The notes under the pieces: generated by a model
The model's database searches: none
Told to the model about the DNA's origin: nothing
Seen by the model: the letters and a program-made list of their open reading frames with translations, nothing else
DNA from: Scyliorhinus canicula
Lineage: Eukaryota
Reading direction: 5' to 3'
Assembly (NCBI RefSeq): GCF_902713615.1
Contig: NC_052149.1
Coordinates: 126,607,256 to 126,671,255 of the forward strand
Length of the DNA stretch: 64,000 nucleotides
Made by a program: the position numbers and the translations under genes
In this document: positions 1 to 11,974 of the stretch, piece by piece
Numbering within the stretch: position 1 is the first letter of the stretch
How the letters are laid out: every line of letters begins with the position of its first letter

Positions 1-1952
1 AGATGGATAGATTGGTCAGGGAAATGGGTCGGATAGATGAAGAGCACGCGGAGTCCCCGGGGGAGGTTTTACTCAGGGAGAGGCAGAGACTACAGGCGGA
101 ACTGGGGGCACTATCCACGAGTAGGGCCGTGGAACAGCTTAGGAAGGCGAGGGGAGTGGTGTACGAGCATGGGGAAAAGGCTAGCAGACTGTTAGCGCAG
201 CAAGTCAGGAGGAGGGAGGCGGCCAGGGAAATAGGTACAGTGAGGGACGAGGGGGGGGGGCGCAAAGTGGAGGACCCGGCAGGATTGAATAAGGTATTCC
301 GGGAGTTCTATCTTAAGCTGTATACTTCGGAGCCGCCGGAAGAACCGGAGAGGATGAAAAGGTGTCTGGACGGGTTAACATTTCCAACAGTTGGGGGCGA
401 GTGGAAGAGCTGGGGGCCCCGATTAGAGTAGAGGAGGTATCGGGGGGCCTTAAGGCCATGCAGTCGGGGAAGTCCCCGGGGCCGGATGGATACCCAGTAG
501 AGTTTTATAGGAAGTTCTCTGAGCTGGTGGGCCAGGTCTTGGCGAGGGTTTTCAATGAGGCAAGGGACAGAGGGACCCTGCCGCCGACCATGTCACATGC
601 CACCATATCACTGATATTGAAGCGAGGTAAAGACCCGGAGGCGTTCGGGTCCTCCAGGCCAATCTCCCTGATTAATGTAGACGCCAAGGTCCTGGCAAAG
701 GTACTGGCAGGTAGAATGGAGGACTGTGTACCGGAGGTGATTGGGGAGGATCAAACGGGGTTCGTGAAAGGTAGGCAGCTGGCCGCCAACCTGAGAAGAT
801 TACTTAATGTGATAATGATGCCCCCAGTGGGTAGGGAGGTGGAGGCAGTGGTGGCAATGGACGCCGAGAAGGCCTTTGACCGGGTGGAGTGGGGCTATCT
901 ATGGGAGGTGCTCGAACGGTTTGGGTTCGGGGAGGGATTGGTGGATTGGATCAAATTATTATATCAGGCCCCGAGGGCCAGCGTCAGGACCAACAGAGAG
1001 GTGTCGGAGTACTTTAGGCTGTACCGAGGGACCAGACAGGGCTGCCCGCTCTCCCCGCTGCTGTTTGCGCTGGCCATAGAGCCGCTGGCGATTGCGCTGA
1101 GAGCCGCAGAGGGTTGGAAGGGGATGGTGAGGGGCGGGGTTGAACATAGGGTTTCTCTTTATGCAGACGACCTGCTCCTGTACGTGTCGGACCCAGTGGC
1201 CGGGATGGGAACTATACTGGGAATGCTGAGGAAGTTCGGCCAGTTCTCAGGATACAAATTAAATACGGTCAAGAGTGAAAAGTTTGTGGTCCAGGCAAGG
1301 GGCCTGGAGAACAGATTGAGAGGGCTACCGTTTAGGCTGGTTGAGGAAAATTTCTGGTATTTGGGAATCCAGGTGGCACGAGACTGGGGCAGGCTGCAAA
1401 GTTAAATTTGGCCAGGGTGGTGGAACAAATGTCCCGGGTGCTAAAAACAAGGGTGGTGATGAGTCCAGGGGTGGCAATTTTTGGGGTTTCGGAAGACCCG
1501 GGGGTCCAGGGGGAGAAAGAGGCCGATGTTTTGGCCTTTACTTCCCTGATAGCCCGGCGACGAATATTATTGGCGTGGAGGGACTCAAAGCCCCCGAAGA
1601 CTGAGTGGTGGCTTGCGGACATGTCGAGTTTCCTGGGGATGGAAAAAATTAAGTTCACCTTGAGGGGATCTGTGCAGGGGTTCACCCGAAGGTGGCAACC
1701 ATTTATTGAATTCTTTGCGGGAGAGTGAGCATCAGCAGGGGGTGGGGGGGAGGGGATAGAGTAGAGTAGGTGGGAAAATATGGCGGGTAGTACCGGTGGG
1801 AGAGGAGCGGGCTTGTGCAATATGTTACGAAGGAAGTATTGAAAGTACGTGGATGTTTGCACATTTTTGCCTCTTTTGCTTTCTTTCTGATGATGTCTGT
1901 AACTGTTTATAAAGCCAAAAACTACCTCAATAAAATTGTTTATTAAAAAAAA
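1..1952 (+). mobile_element. L1/Tx1-like LINE, 3' part of ORF2 (reverse transcriptase) plus 3' UTR and poly(A); disrupted
   Basis: ORF 362-1405 has RT motifs (KSPGPDG, RPISLIN, GTRQGCPLSPLLF, YADD). It is frameshifted from ORF 3-431, has a stop at 1403-1405, and jumps near 1415 to the C-terminal ARRRILLAWR segment (internal deletion). AATAAA at 1929-1934, A-run at about 1945-1952. Confidence 0.9.
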
Positions 1953-2790
1953 GGTGAACCTGGCAGAAGGCTGTGGGGAGCTGAGGAGGTGAGTAGCCAT
2001 CTTTACTCACAGGCAAAGAGCCCGGGGGCACTGGGCTTGCCAACCCAGTGCTGGATGGGGGATGAGGGACCCTCGGCTGGGGATGGGTTTTCCACCGAGG
2101 TGTGTGTATCTGCACTGGTGGAGGGGAAGATGACAGCTGTGACACGATTATAAAGGTTGTATCCTTGGAGATCTCCTCTGAGGTGTTCTGCTCGGAGTCA
2201 GGAGAGGGGGCCTCACGGGAAGGGCTGGCGCCATCGGCTGGAGGACGTGCAGGAGAATGGACATGTGGTCAGTGGGAGGGATGGGCCAGTCAGTAAGGCA
2301 ATAATAACTCACGTATGACAGGTCCCTGGGTGGATTCTGGTGGTTCCTCACATCAGCAGCATCCGCCAGCCTCCGTGTGGGTGACTATTCTGTCCTCGGC
2401 TACACCGTCACATCCAGCGCCTGTTCCTCAAAGAGGTGAGGATTCTTATGTCCGCCAGTCTGAGCCCTCTCCCGATGGTTATGGGAGAGCTTTTCCTGAG
2501 GAGACACAGAGAGGGCATCGTTAGCTACAAGCGTGGTTCACAGTGGTGGGAGAGGGGGGTGTGATGGAGGGGTGAAGTGCTGTTCGACTTTGTTAGTGGG
2601 GGGTTAGCGAACGTGGTATCGTTGAATCAGCTGGTGAGCCTTTATTTGAGACAAGAAATCCGTGAGGCCTCGTCAATGGACCAATTAACGTGGAATAGAG
2701 TTGCCGGCTCGCTGGGCTGAGAGCCGGGAACTTTGCAGCAATTCCCGCTCGCTAACACTTTGAAATGTTTCCGGAGAATTGCGCGCATTA
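1953..2790 (-). mobile_element. Probable degenerate Harbinger-type accessory-gene/terminal remnant
   Basis: GC-rich segment loosely resembling the Harbinger-related blocks at 19.3-21.8 kb, ending in a GGAGAATTGCGC terminal-like motif. No recognisable ORF. Confidence 0.3.
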
Positions 2791-3142
2791 TCTGTGAAGC
2801 ATAATTCTGAAAGTATGCCTGTGTCTGACCAGCCAGTGGGACAGCTCCCCCAATTCTGACACATGTTCCCAGATATCAGGAAGGAGGGACTTTATTGCGT
2901 CGACAGGGCTGGGTTTGCCGTTGTTGTTTCCGGGGTCTATGTCGATGCCGGGAGGTCTGTTCGGTTTCATTCCTTTTAGAATTTTCAGCGATTTGATACA
3001 ACTGAGTGGCTATTTCAGAGTCAACCACATTGCTGTGGGTCTGGAGTCACATGTCGGCCAGACCAGGAAAGGGCAGCAGATTCCCTTCCCTAATGGACAT
3101 TAGCGAACCAGACGAATTTTTACGACAATCGACAATGGTTTC

Positions 3143-3546
3143 TGATGTGTTGGGCTGGCTGGGTCGATGTGGACTGCGTTTGATGCAGTGTAGCGAGAGA
3201 CAGACTTCCAACACTTGATGAGATGCAACACAATTTTATTTAACATCTAAACTATTATACATGTTCAACTGTGGGTTGACACTATGCTGACTTGACTGCA
3301 GACCTGATGCTAGCCTGACCAGACTAACTGACTACCACATGGTGTTTGCACTGGCTGCTGCTCACGAGCTCTGACTGTCTCAGAGGCTGGATCCCGAGAG
3401 AGCGGGAAAACTGGTGCCCTCTGGCTTTATAGTGGTCATGTCCCGTCTGGTGATTGGCTGCTGTGTTCTGCGTGCTTACTGGTCATCCTGTGTGTCAATC
3501 ACTGCCTGTCTGCACACCATTATATACATGGATGTATATTATGACA
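3143..3546 (-). mobile_element. Solo LTR
   Basis: TG...CA ends (TGATGTG...ATTATGACA) with an imperfect 5-bp TSD GTTTC/GTTCC. Minus-strand TATAAA- and AATAAA-like motifs. The right end resembles the LTR ending at 51582. Confidence 0.65.
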
Positions 3547-4075
3547 GTTCCATGGTCACCATTACTGAGACGAGCTTTTAATTCCAGGTTTATTCATTGA
3601 ATTTAAATTCCACCAGCTGCCATGGTGGGATTTGAACCTGTGACCAGAGCATTAGCCTGGGCCTCTGGATTACTAGTCCAGTGACATTACCACTACACCA
3701 CGGCCTCCCCCACATTGTGCTGTGAGGCTCCATGGAACTGTATCCCAGCATGAAGTGTCCCTCAGGAGGGGAGAGGGAATGTTCGGAGCCCAGAGCTCCA
3801 TTTCCCAGCCCAGACATTTTGTCTTCCAATGAATGAATGAGATGGCAATTTGGAGCCAGGTTAGGGACAGTCTCGTGCTGTGGACCCAGGCCTACAAGAG
3901 GCAATTGGAGATATCCCTGAAAGGGAACGATTGGCTGGGTTATGGGGATAGAGAGGGGGAGTGGGACTAATTGGGTAAGTCACAGCACGATGGGCAGAAT
4001 GGCCTCCTTCTGTGCTGGAAGATTCGAGGCAGTGGACACAGTTCACAGTTTTCTCCCGTGTCAGTAACAAACATC

Positions 4076-4208
4076 CAGCTGCTCTGAGCCCCTTCTTTCA
4101 CTTCCTCTGTTGGTTACGTTTCAATCTTCCGATCTGACAGTCATTGCTGTTATTTTTTACACTGGGGGTTTCTGCTGTGGTCTGAATCTCTAACAATAAC
4201 TGTCCAAT
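4076..4208. promoter_or_regulatory. Candidate lymphoid cis-regulatory island (E-box, Ets-IRF composite, Runx, CCAAT)
   Basis: CAGCTG 4076-4081; minus-strand AGAGGAAGTGAAA 4096-4108 (GGAAnnGAAA); TGTGGT 4176-4181; CCAAT 4204-4208. Lies in a short stretch with no recognisable repeat. Motif evidence only. Confidence 0.3.
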
Positions 4209-4284
4209 CAGTGACAAGAACAGCAGCTAAGAGCAGTCAGGACTGAGGAGCCAGGCTCACTGGGAAACACATTGGGAAGATCAA

Positions 4285-4985
4285 AGCCATCGTCTTCAGC
4301 TCCCGATACAAACTCCATCCCTCACCCTGAGCACTGTCTGCTGCTCAACCAGACTCTTTACAACATTGGCGTCATCTCTCTGTTCCTCCACAATTCCCAG
4401 CTTCCCACCATTTAGAAATGACTCTGATTTCTCTTTCTTTGGTCCAAAGTGGATGATTTCATATCCCCAGATTGATCTCCATCTGCCATTGTCTTCAGTC
4501 CCCATCACAATCTCTGTTCCCCAGACACTGATTCCATCCCTCTCCCTGGGCCTGTCTGACTCTGAACCACACAGTTCACAGCCATGGTGTCCTATTTGAC
4601 CCTGAGATGACCTTCCCACCACATCATCCGCTCCATCACTAAGACGGCCTATTTCTCCCTCGGTAACATCGACCGAGTCTGTCCTGCCTCACATCATCTG
4701 CTGCTGAGAATCTCCTCCATGTCTTTGTTCCCTCTAAACGTGACTATTCCAATGCTGTCCTGGCCGGCCTCACACCTACCACCCTCCGTAAACATCAGCT
4801 GATCCAAAACTCTGCTGCCTGAATCTGAACTCACACCAAATCCCGTTCACCCATCACCCCCTCTGCTCACTGACCTACACTGACTCCCGGTCCAGCAATG
4901 CCTCGATTTTAAATTCTCATCCTTGTTCTCAAACCTCACCCTGTCCTCCACCCTCCCTATCTCTGTAACCTCCTCCAAGCTGCCT
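4285..4985 (+). mobile_element. L2-like LINE 3' remnant with a nested minus-strand CR1 fragment (~4375-4575)
   Basis: Contains CAAAACTCTGCTGCC...CCCATCACCCC...GACCTACAC, also seen at 26750-26830. The minus ORF 4296-4622 contains CR1-like EIIHFGPK...EEQRD. Confidence 0.6.
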
Positions 4986-5126
4986 AACTTAGTGTGGTCA
5001 GTAACTTGGATATATGTCTCTCTATTCCTTCATCCAAGTCATTGAGAAATACAGTGAAAAGCTGAGGCTCCAGCTCAGATCCCTGGGGACATCACTATTC
5101 ACATCTTGCTGATTGGAGTACACACA

Positions 5127-5800
5127 CTTGGGGTGGGATTCTCCCATCCCGTGGCAGAGTGTCCACGCCATTGTAAACGCTGTTGCGTTTTACGACAGTG
5201 TGAACAGGCTGCTGCCAAGAGTAATTCTGGCCCCTACAGAGGGCCAGAACGGCAATGGAGCAGTTCACGCCACTCCAGCTGCCAATCCCGGCGCTAACTG
5301 TACGCCTCGGGATCCGTGCATGCGCTGTGGTGCCGATGCCGACGCACTCATGCACGGCTTCCTCCTTCAATGTGCCGGCCCCGACGCAACATGGCGCAGT
5401 AGTACAGGGGGCCGGCACGTAGGAATAGAAGTCGGGGGACAGAAAGGCCGGCCTGCCGATCGGTGGGTCCCAATCGCGGGCCAGGCTGCATTGAAGGCCC
5501 CCCCGGTGTCGGAGCCCCCCGCCGGTGTCGTAGGCCCCCCCCCACACACAGGCCGCCACCCGACCCTTGCACACAGTTAAAATGCTGAGTCCAGCCGGTG
5601 CCATCCACGCCTGCTCGCTGCCAGCGGGACTCAGCATTTTAACAGCGGCCGCTTGGCCCATCCCGCGGAGAGCGGCCCCCAACCAGCGCCACACCAAACA
5701 CGCGGGCGCCAGTGGCGACGATCACATGCCGGTGTCGGGGTGGCGTGGCCCGGTCGCGGGGATTCTCCGGCACGGCTCCGGGCTGAGAGAATCCCGCCCA
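5127..5800. mobile_element. GC-rich non-autonomous TIR element (probably Harbinger-derived MITE)
   Basis: Inverted termini GGGTGGGATTCTCCC ... GAGAGAATCCCGCCC. The same GGATTCTCC/GGAGAATCC terminal motif recurs across the window. Confidence 0.6.
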
Positions 5801-6307
5801 TTATCCCTGCTCCCTGTCTCCTCCCTCCGAACTAATTCCTTATCCATGGAAATTGATTTCCTCAAATTCCATATGATTCAGTCTCTTGTTTGGCACCTGG
5901 AAATCCATCAATATAACATCCACAGACATTCCCTTATCTACCACATTGGGGACCTCATTAACAAATCTAACCAGGTTAGTTAAACATGTCTGACCCGCCT
6001 CACCGGACAGGCGCCGGAATGTGGCGACTAGGGGCTTTTCACAGTAACTTAATTGAAGCCTACTCGTGACAATAAGCGATTTTCATTTCATTTCATTTTT
6101 CATTTAAACCCATGCTGACTCTCTCGGATCAGTTCATATTTCTGACTGATTTTGTGTCCAATCACAGATTCCAGTCAATTCCCCATAACAGACATTAAAC
6201 TGAGATGTTAGTTGTGAATAACGCTAGTATACAGCTAGCACAGTCATGAGGGGCTGAGTAGATTCCTCCTGTACTGGAGATATATCTAGCTCATCAGGTA
6301 CATCAGA

Positions 6308-6846
6308 CTACACAATCCAGTCTGTGTACACAGGTACATAACACTTCACTCTCCAGTCTTTGTACACAGGTACATCACATTTCACAATCCAGTCTGTGTA
6401 CACAGGGACATCACACTTCACAATCCAGTTTGTGTACACAGGGACATCACACTTTACAATCCAGTCTGTGTACACAGGTACATCACACTTCACAATCCAG
6501 TCTGTGTACACAGGTACATCAAACTTCACAATCCAGTCTGTGTGCACAGGTACATCACACTTCACAATCCAGTCTGTGTACACAGGTACATCACACTTCA
6601 CAATCCAGTCTGTGTGCACAGGTACATCACACTTCACAATCCAGTCTGTGTGCACAGGTACATCACACTTCACAATCCAGTCTGTGTACACAGATACATC
6701 ACACTTCACAATCCAGTCTGTGTACACAGATACATCACACTTCATAATCCAGTCTGTGTACACAGGTACATCACACTTCACAATCCAGTCTGTGTACACA
6801 GGTACATCACACTTCATAATCCAGTTTGTGTACACAATCTAGTCTG
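6308..6846 (+). repeat. 36-bp minisatellite, ~15 copies
   Basis: Unit CACAGGTACATCACACTTCACAATCCAGTCTGTGTA, giving 12-aa periodicity in the ORF track. Confidence 0.95.
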
Positions 6847-8470
6847 TGAGAGACCCAGTGCAGTAAAACGGTATTGACCGTTTCCTAGTGTCAGGTGTAG
6901 TGAGAGATTCGGTGCAGTAAAACGGTATTGACCGTTTCCTAGTGTCAGGTGTAGTGAGAGACGCGGTGCAGTAAAACGGTATTGACCGTTTCCTAGTGTC
7001 AGGTATAGTGACTGACCCGGTGCAGTAAAATGGTATTGACCGTTTCCTAGTGTCAGGTGCAGTGAGAGACACGGTGCAGTAAAACGGTATTGACCGTTTC
7101 CTAGTGTCAGGTGTAGTGTGAGACATGGTGCAGTAAAACGGTATTGACCGTTTCCTCGTGTCTGGTATAGTGAGAGACCCAGTGCAGTAAAACGGTATTG
7201 ACCGTTTCCTCGTGTCAGGTATAGTGAGAGACCCGGTGCAGTAAAACGGTATTGACCGTTTCCTAGTGTCAGGTATAGTGAGAGACCTGGTGCAGTAAAA
7301 CAGTATTGACCGTTTCCTAGTGTCAGGTGTAGTGAGAGACATGGTGCAGTAAAATGGTATTGACCGTTTCCTAGTGTCAGGTATAGTGACTGACCCGGTG
7401 CAGTAAAACGGCATTGACCGTTTCCTAGTGTCAGGTATAGTGACTGACCCGGTGCAGCAAAACGGTATTGACCGTTTCCTAGTGTCAGGTATAGTGAGAG
7501 ACACGGTGCAGTAAAACGATATTGACCGTTTCCTCGTGTCAGGTGTAGTGAGAGACACGGTGCAGTAAAACGGTATTGACCGTTTCCTAGTGTCAGGTGT
7601 AGTGAGAGACCTGGTGCAGAAAAACGGTATTGACCGTTTCCTCGTGTCAGGTATAGTGAGAGACACGGTGCAGTAAAACGGTATTGACCGTTTCCTCGTG
7701 TCAGGTGTAGTGTGAGACATGGTGCAGTAAAACGGTATTGACCGTTTCCTAGTGTCAGGTGTAGTGAGAGACATGGTGCAGCAAAACGGCATTGACCGTT
7801 TCCTAGTGTCAGGTGTAGTGAGAGACACGGTGCAGTAAAACGGTATTGACCACTTCCTATTGTCAGGTATAGTGAGAGACCCGATGCAGTAAAACGGTAT
7901 TGACCGTTTCCTAGTGTCAGGTGTAGTGACTGACCCGGTGCAGTAAAACAGTATTGACCGTTTTCTAGTGTCAGGTGTAGTGAGAGACACGGTGCAGTAA
8001 AATGGTATTGACCGTTTCCTCGTGTCAGGTGTAGTGAGAGACACGGTGCAGTAAAACGGTATTGACCGTTTCCTAGTGTCAGGTGCAGTGAGACACACAG
8101 TGCAGTAAAACGGTATTGACCGTTTCCTAGTGTCAGGTGTAGTGAGAGACACGGTGCAGTAAAACGGTATTGACCGTTTCCTAGTGTCAGGTGTAGTGAG
8201 AGACACGGTGCAGTAAAACGGTATTGACCATTTCCTAGTGTCAGGTATAGTGAGAGACATGGTGCAGTAAAACGGTATTGACCGTTTCCTAGTGTCAGGT
8301 GTAGTGAGAGACACGGTGCAGTAAAATGGTATTGACCATTTCCTAGTGTCAGGTATCGTGAGAGACATGGTGCAGTAAAACGGTATTGACCGTTTCCTAG
8401 CGTCAGGTGTAGTGACTGACCCGGTGCAGTAAAATGGTATTGACCGTTTCCTAGTGTCAGGTGTAGTGAG
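6847..8470 (+). repeat. 54-bp minisatellite, ~30 copies, each with a small hairpin
   Basis: Unit AGTGAGAGACACGGTGCAGTAAAACGGTATTGACCGTTTCCTAGTGTCAGGTGT (18-aa periodicity), with the inverted repeat AAACGGT-ATTG-ACCGTTT inside it. Confidence 0.95.
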
Positions 8471-9070
8471 AAACGTGTGAAAACAGTGAGGGATCCATCT
8501 CCTGGTAATAAAGCAATGAGAGAGGTCGGACTATAAACATAACATCAGCAACGTCAGATAAAAATTTAGATTGGGGAGTTGCCGAGTCGCTTGCTGAATG
8601 TTTGGTAAATAATTAAATACTGAAAAAAATCATTGAAGTAAAGTCACTGAAGCTTTTGTTGTGGGGGAAGAGAGAGAGAGCGAGAGAGGGTTACCCCTCG
8701 GGGGGTTTATGACCAGTGACAGACAGGGGCTGAGGAAATGGGAGTTTTGGTCGTTTATATTGTTCCTGTTGGTGAAAATCTCGAAGATTCCTTCCCCCCC
8801 CCCCCCCGCCCACCACCCCCACCCCCACTGCTACTTGAAGTTTTGTTTAGAGTCTGAAAGTTTTAATCTGTTCAGATAAATGTTGTAAGAATGGAAATAA
8901 ACAAATATTTACATAATAACTTTTATTGTCACAAGTCGGCTTACATTAACACTGCAATGAAGTTGCTGTGAAAAGCCCCTAGTCACCACATTCTGGCTCC
9001 TGTTCAGGTACACAGAGGGAGAATTCAGAATGTCCAAATTACCTCATGGCACATCTTTCGGGAAATGTGG

Positions 9071-9200
9071 GCACCCGGAGGAAACGCCCACAGACACAGG
9101 GAGAACGTGCAGACTCCGCACAGTGACCCAAGCTGGGAATCGAACCTGGGACCTTGGAGCTGTGAAGCAACAGTGCTAACCACTGTGCCACCGTGCCGCC
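9071..9200 (-). mobile_element. HE1-type tRNA-derived SINE, 5' part
   Basis: Reverse complement of GGCGGCACGGTGGCACAGTGGTTAGCACTGTTGCTTCACAGCTCCAAGGTCCCAGGTTCGATTCC, with A/B-box-like head. Confidence 0.8.
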
Positions 9201-9579
9201 CTGTTATATTTGTGTGTCTGTGTGTAATGAAGAATTTGTGTGTGAGATCTCATGGCCGGGATTCTCCCGGAATTGCGGGGCGGCCCGTCCCAGTGCCAAG
9301 AGCACCATGACCCACTCCGGCGTCGGGCCGCCCGGAAGTTGGGGAATCCTCCAGCGGGGGGTCGGACAATCCCACCTCATGTGTTTCCTTCTCCAAATTG
9401 TCATTTGTTTGTGTTGTTCCAGCAATCTGAGTTCAAAGCCTTACAATGTGGATTCTGAGTTGGATTTAAGTACAATAAAATGAAACAAACCAAAGTTTGA
9501 AGCTATAAAGTTCGAGTTGAGATTTCTGTCCAGAGAGCACAGTTTGAATGGACTCTAAAGATACAACAGCTTTTCCCTG

Positions 9580-9915
9580 TGTTCATAGAATCTGCAGTGC
9601 AGAAAGAGGCCATTCAGCCCATCGAGTCCCCACCAGCCCTTGGAAAGCACCCTATCCAAACCCACACCTCCACCCCATCCCCGTAACCCAGCAACCCATC
9701 TGTACGTTTTTGGACACTGAGGGCAATTTAGCATGGCCAATCCACCTAACCTACACGTCTTTGGATTGTGGGAGGAAACCGGAGCATCCGGAGGAAACCC
9801 ACGCAGACACGGGGAGAACGTGCAGACTCCACACAGGCAGTGACCCAGAGGGGAATCGAACCTAGGACCCTGGAGCTGTGAAGCAACCGTGCCAACCACT
9901 GTGCCACTGTGCCGC
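9580..9915 (-). mobile_element. HE1-type SINE, near full length
   Basis: tRNA-like head at about 9915-9850, CCTCCGGATGCTCCGGTTTCCTCCCAC core, and CR1-like tail ending (TTCTATG). Confidence 0.85.
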
Positions 9916-10404
9916 CCTTGTGCCACCGTGCCACCCTAAAATGAACCAGACTCTGCAGCAACCTCTCACAGACTAACAGGAACTTCACTCTTTCCAATCA
10001 CAGCTTGAGCTTTCTGATTGCTGAATGGATCCATTCCCCCTCGAGCAGAATGGACCCTCGTGTTTTTATTTCGAGGTAACCTCCAATGCCTCTGTGTACC
10101 TGAATAGACACCGGAATGTGGCGACTAGGGGATTTTCACAGTAACTTCATCACAGTGTTAATGTAAGCCTACTTGTGACAATAACGATTATTATTATTAT
10201 ATGTAACAAGATTTCCAGCAGCGTTAATAATCGGAGAATTTATCTAAAGATTTTTATTGCCACAGTATCGTCATGGTTTTGAGTCTTTACTTTATCTAGA
10301 AAGAAAATGGTTGAACCCATTCAGGACCATTGTTATCTTCTGCTTGGGAACAGGAGATCTGATATAAACACACTGACCAATGAGAATCAGACTGTTTAAC
10401 ACGA

Positions 10405-10751
10405 GGGGCGGGATTCTCCGCTATCCGGCAGGATGGGCCGTACCGGCGGCGAGGGGCGGCGGAACCACTCCGGCATTGGGCTGCCTGGAAGTTGCGGAAT
10501 CCTCCGCACTTTCAGGGGCTAGGCCGGTGCCGGAGTGTTTGGCGCCAAGCCAAATGGAGCCGAAGCGCCTCCGCCAGCCTGAGTTGCCGCATGCGCGGGA
10601 GCGCCAGCGTGTGCTGGCATCATCGAGGGCCAGAGAATCGCTGGGGGAGCTGCTGCCAATTGCCACCAACACGGAGAATCCGGCAGCCGGAATCGGGGCA
10701 GCGGATCGGGATTCACACCGCCCCCTGGTGGTGGGACGGAGAATCCCGCAC
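10405..10751. mobile_element. GC-rich TIR element (MITE-like)
   Basis: GGGGCGGGATTCTCC ... GGAGAATCCCGCAC inverted termini. Confidence 0.6.
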
Positions 10752-11164
10752 AAGACCTTTGAAAACGATGATGTTATTGAAGAGAAAGAAAATCTGTCCC
10801 TTTAAATCTGAATCCAAATTCACACACATGAGGAAGAAGTCATTTGAATTTTGATAGTGTAAATTACAGTTTACAAAGTATAATGATTTGAGGTTTGGTT
10901 CCTGATAAAGTTCTCAACAGGAAATTTTAATTTGAAAAGGTTTGACAACAATTGACATTAATTCAAATGCTGCCAGCTGCTGGGCTGAAAGAAGAATTTA
11001 AAATATGTTTGTTCCCAAAATGTAAACATAAACCTGAAGCTTGAAGTTTGGTAGAAATCCAATTTTAAGCAGAGTTAAAGAAAGCAGCTCAACAACAAAA
11101 CTATTAGAATCTGGGATCAGTTTAAAATGAAAATGCTCCAGCTACAAACGAGAGAGATAAGTAA

Positions 11165-11974
11165 GGCCTGATCTTTCCAAAAGTGAACAAAGTTCCCGAG
11201 CGAGTGCGTTTAGCTACATGATTCCTGGCACTCGCCGTGCTGAGAAACACAAGGATTTTCAACACGATTGGCTTTGAACGGGAATGTCGAGGCCGAGGCC
11301 ACACATAGTCCCGTTTGGTACACTGGGAATCTCCGCCCGCCGGACCTTCACGTTGTAGCGAGAAATCGGGAAACTATTTGTAAAAGGTGTACCGATCTCA
11401 GAGGCCACGAAAAGAATCCCCGAGCTCCCCGCCCAGCCCGAATGCAAGAGGGTCCCCTCCCAACCCACACTGGGCAACCCCAGCCCAATCAAGCATGTGC
11501 AGAAAATGACAGCTGGTAGTGCCACATGGGAACCTTGACAGTGCCAGGCTGGCACCCAGGTGGCACTGCCAGGGTACTCAGGTGGCACCAGCAGTGGCAA
11601 GGCACCACCTTGTCCAAAGGGAATGCAGCTGACCACCTTGGAGACCTCCATGATGCCGTTCCTTCTGGAATCCCCGGTTATAGGGACCAGGACCAAGCGG
11701 CGCTAACCCGAGGTCACCGAGGCAAAGGGATTGAAACCCAAAGCCTCAGGTACCTCACGAATCTGCACATTATAGTTAGGCTTACTGCCTCACCCGGATA
11801 TGCAGATTTGCTAAAAGGTGATGCCGCCCATGGTCGGGATTCACCTTGCAGCACCTTGTGTGATTTGTGTTGTGAGCCGGGTAGATCCCGGGAGCGGGGT
11901 CTCCTGGCTTTCCCCAGCACCGCTGCACCGCGGTGAGCTGCTTTCCGGCGCTGCATGGCCGGAAGATCATGGCC
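11165..11974. mobile_element. TIR element (probable non-autonomous Harbinger)
   Basis: Imperfect inverted termini GGCCTGATCTTTCC / GGAAGATCATGGCC. Interior TGCCAGG/GGCAC motifs are shared with 53690-53870. Confidence 0.5.

Noticed and set aside
6847-8470. CRISPR-like array (regular repeats with palindromes) and the 509-aa ORF over it
   Set aside because: There are no unique spacers and no cas genes, and the context is vertebrate. The whole unit repeats, and the ORF is a by-product of the 54-bp period.
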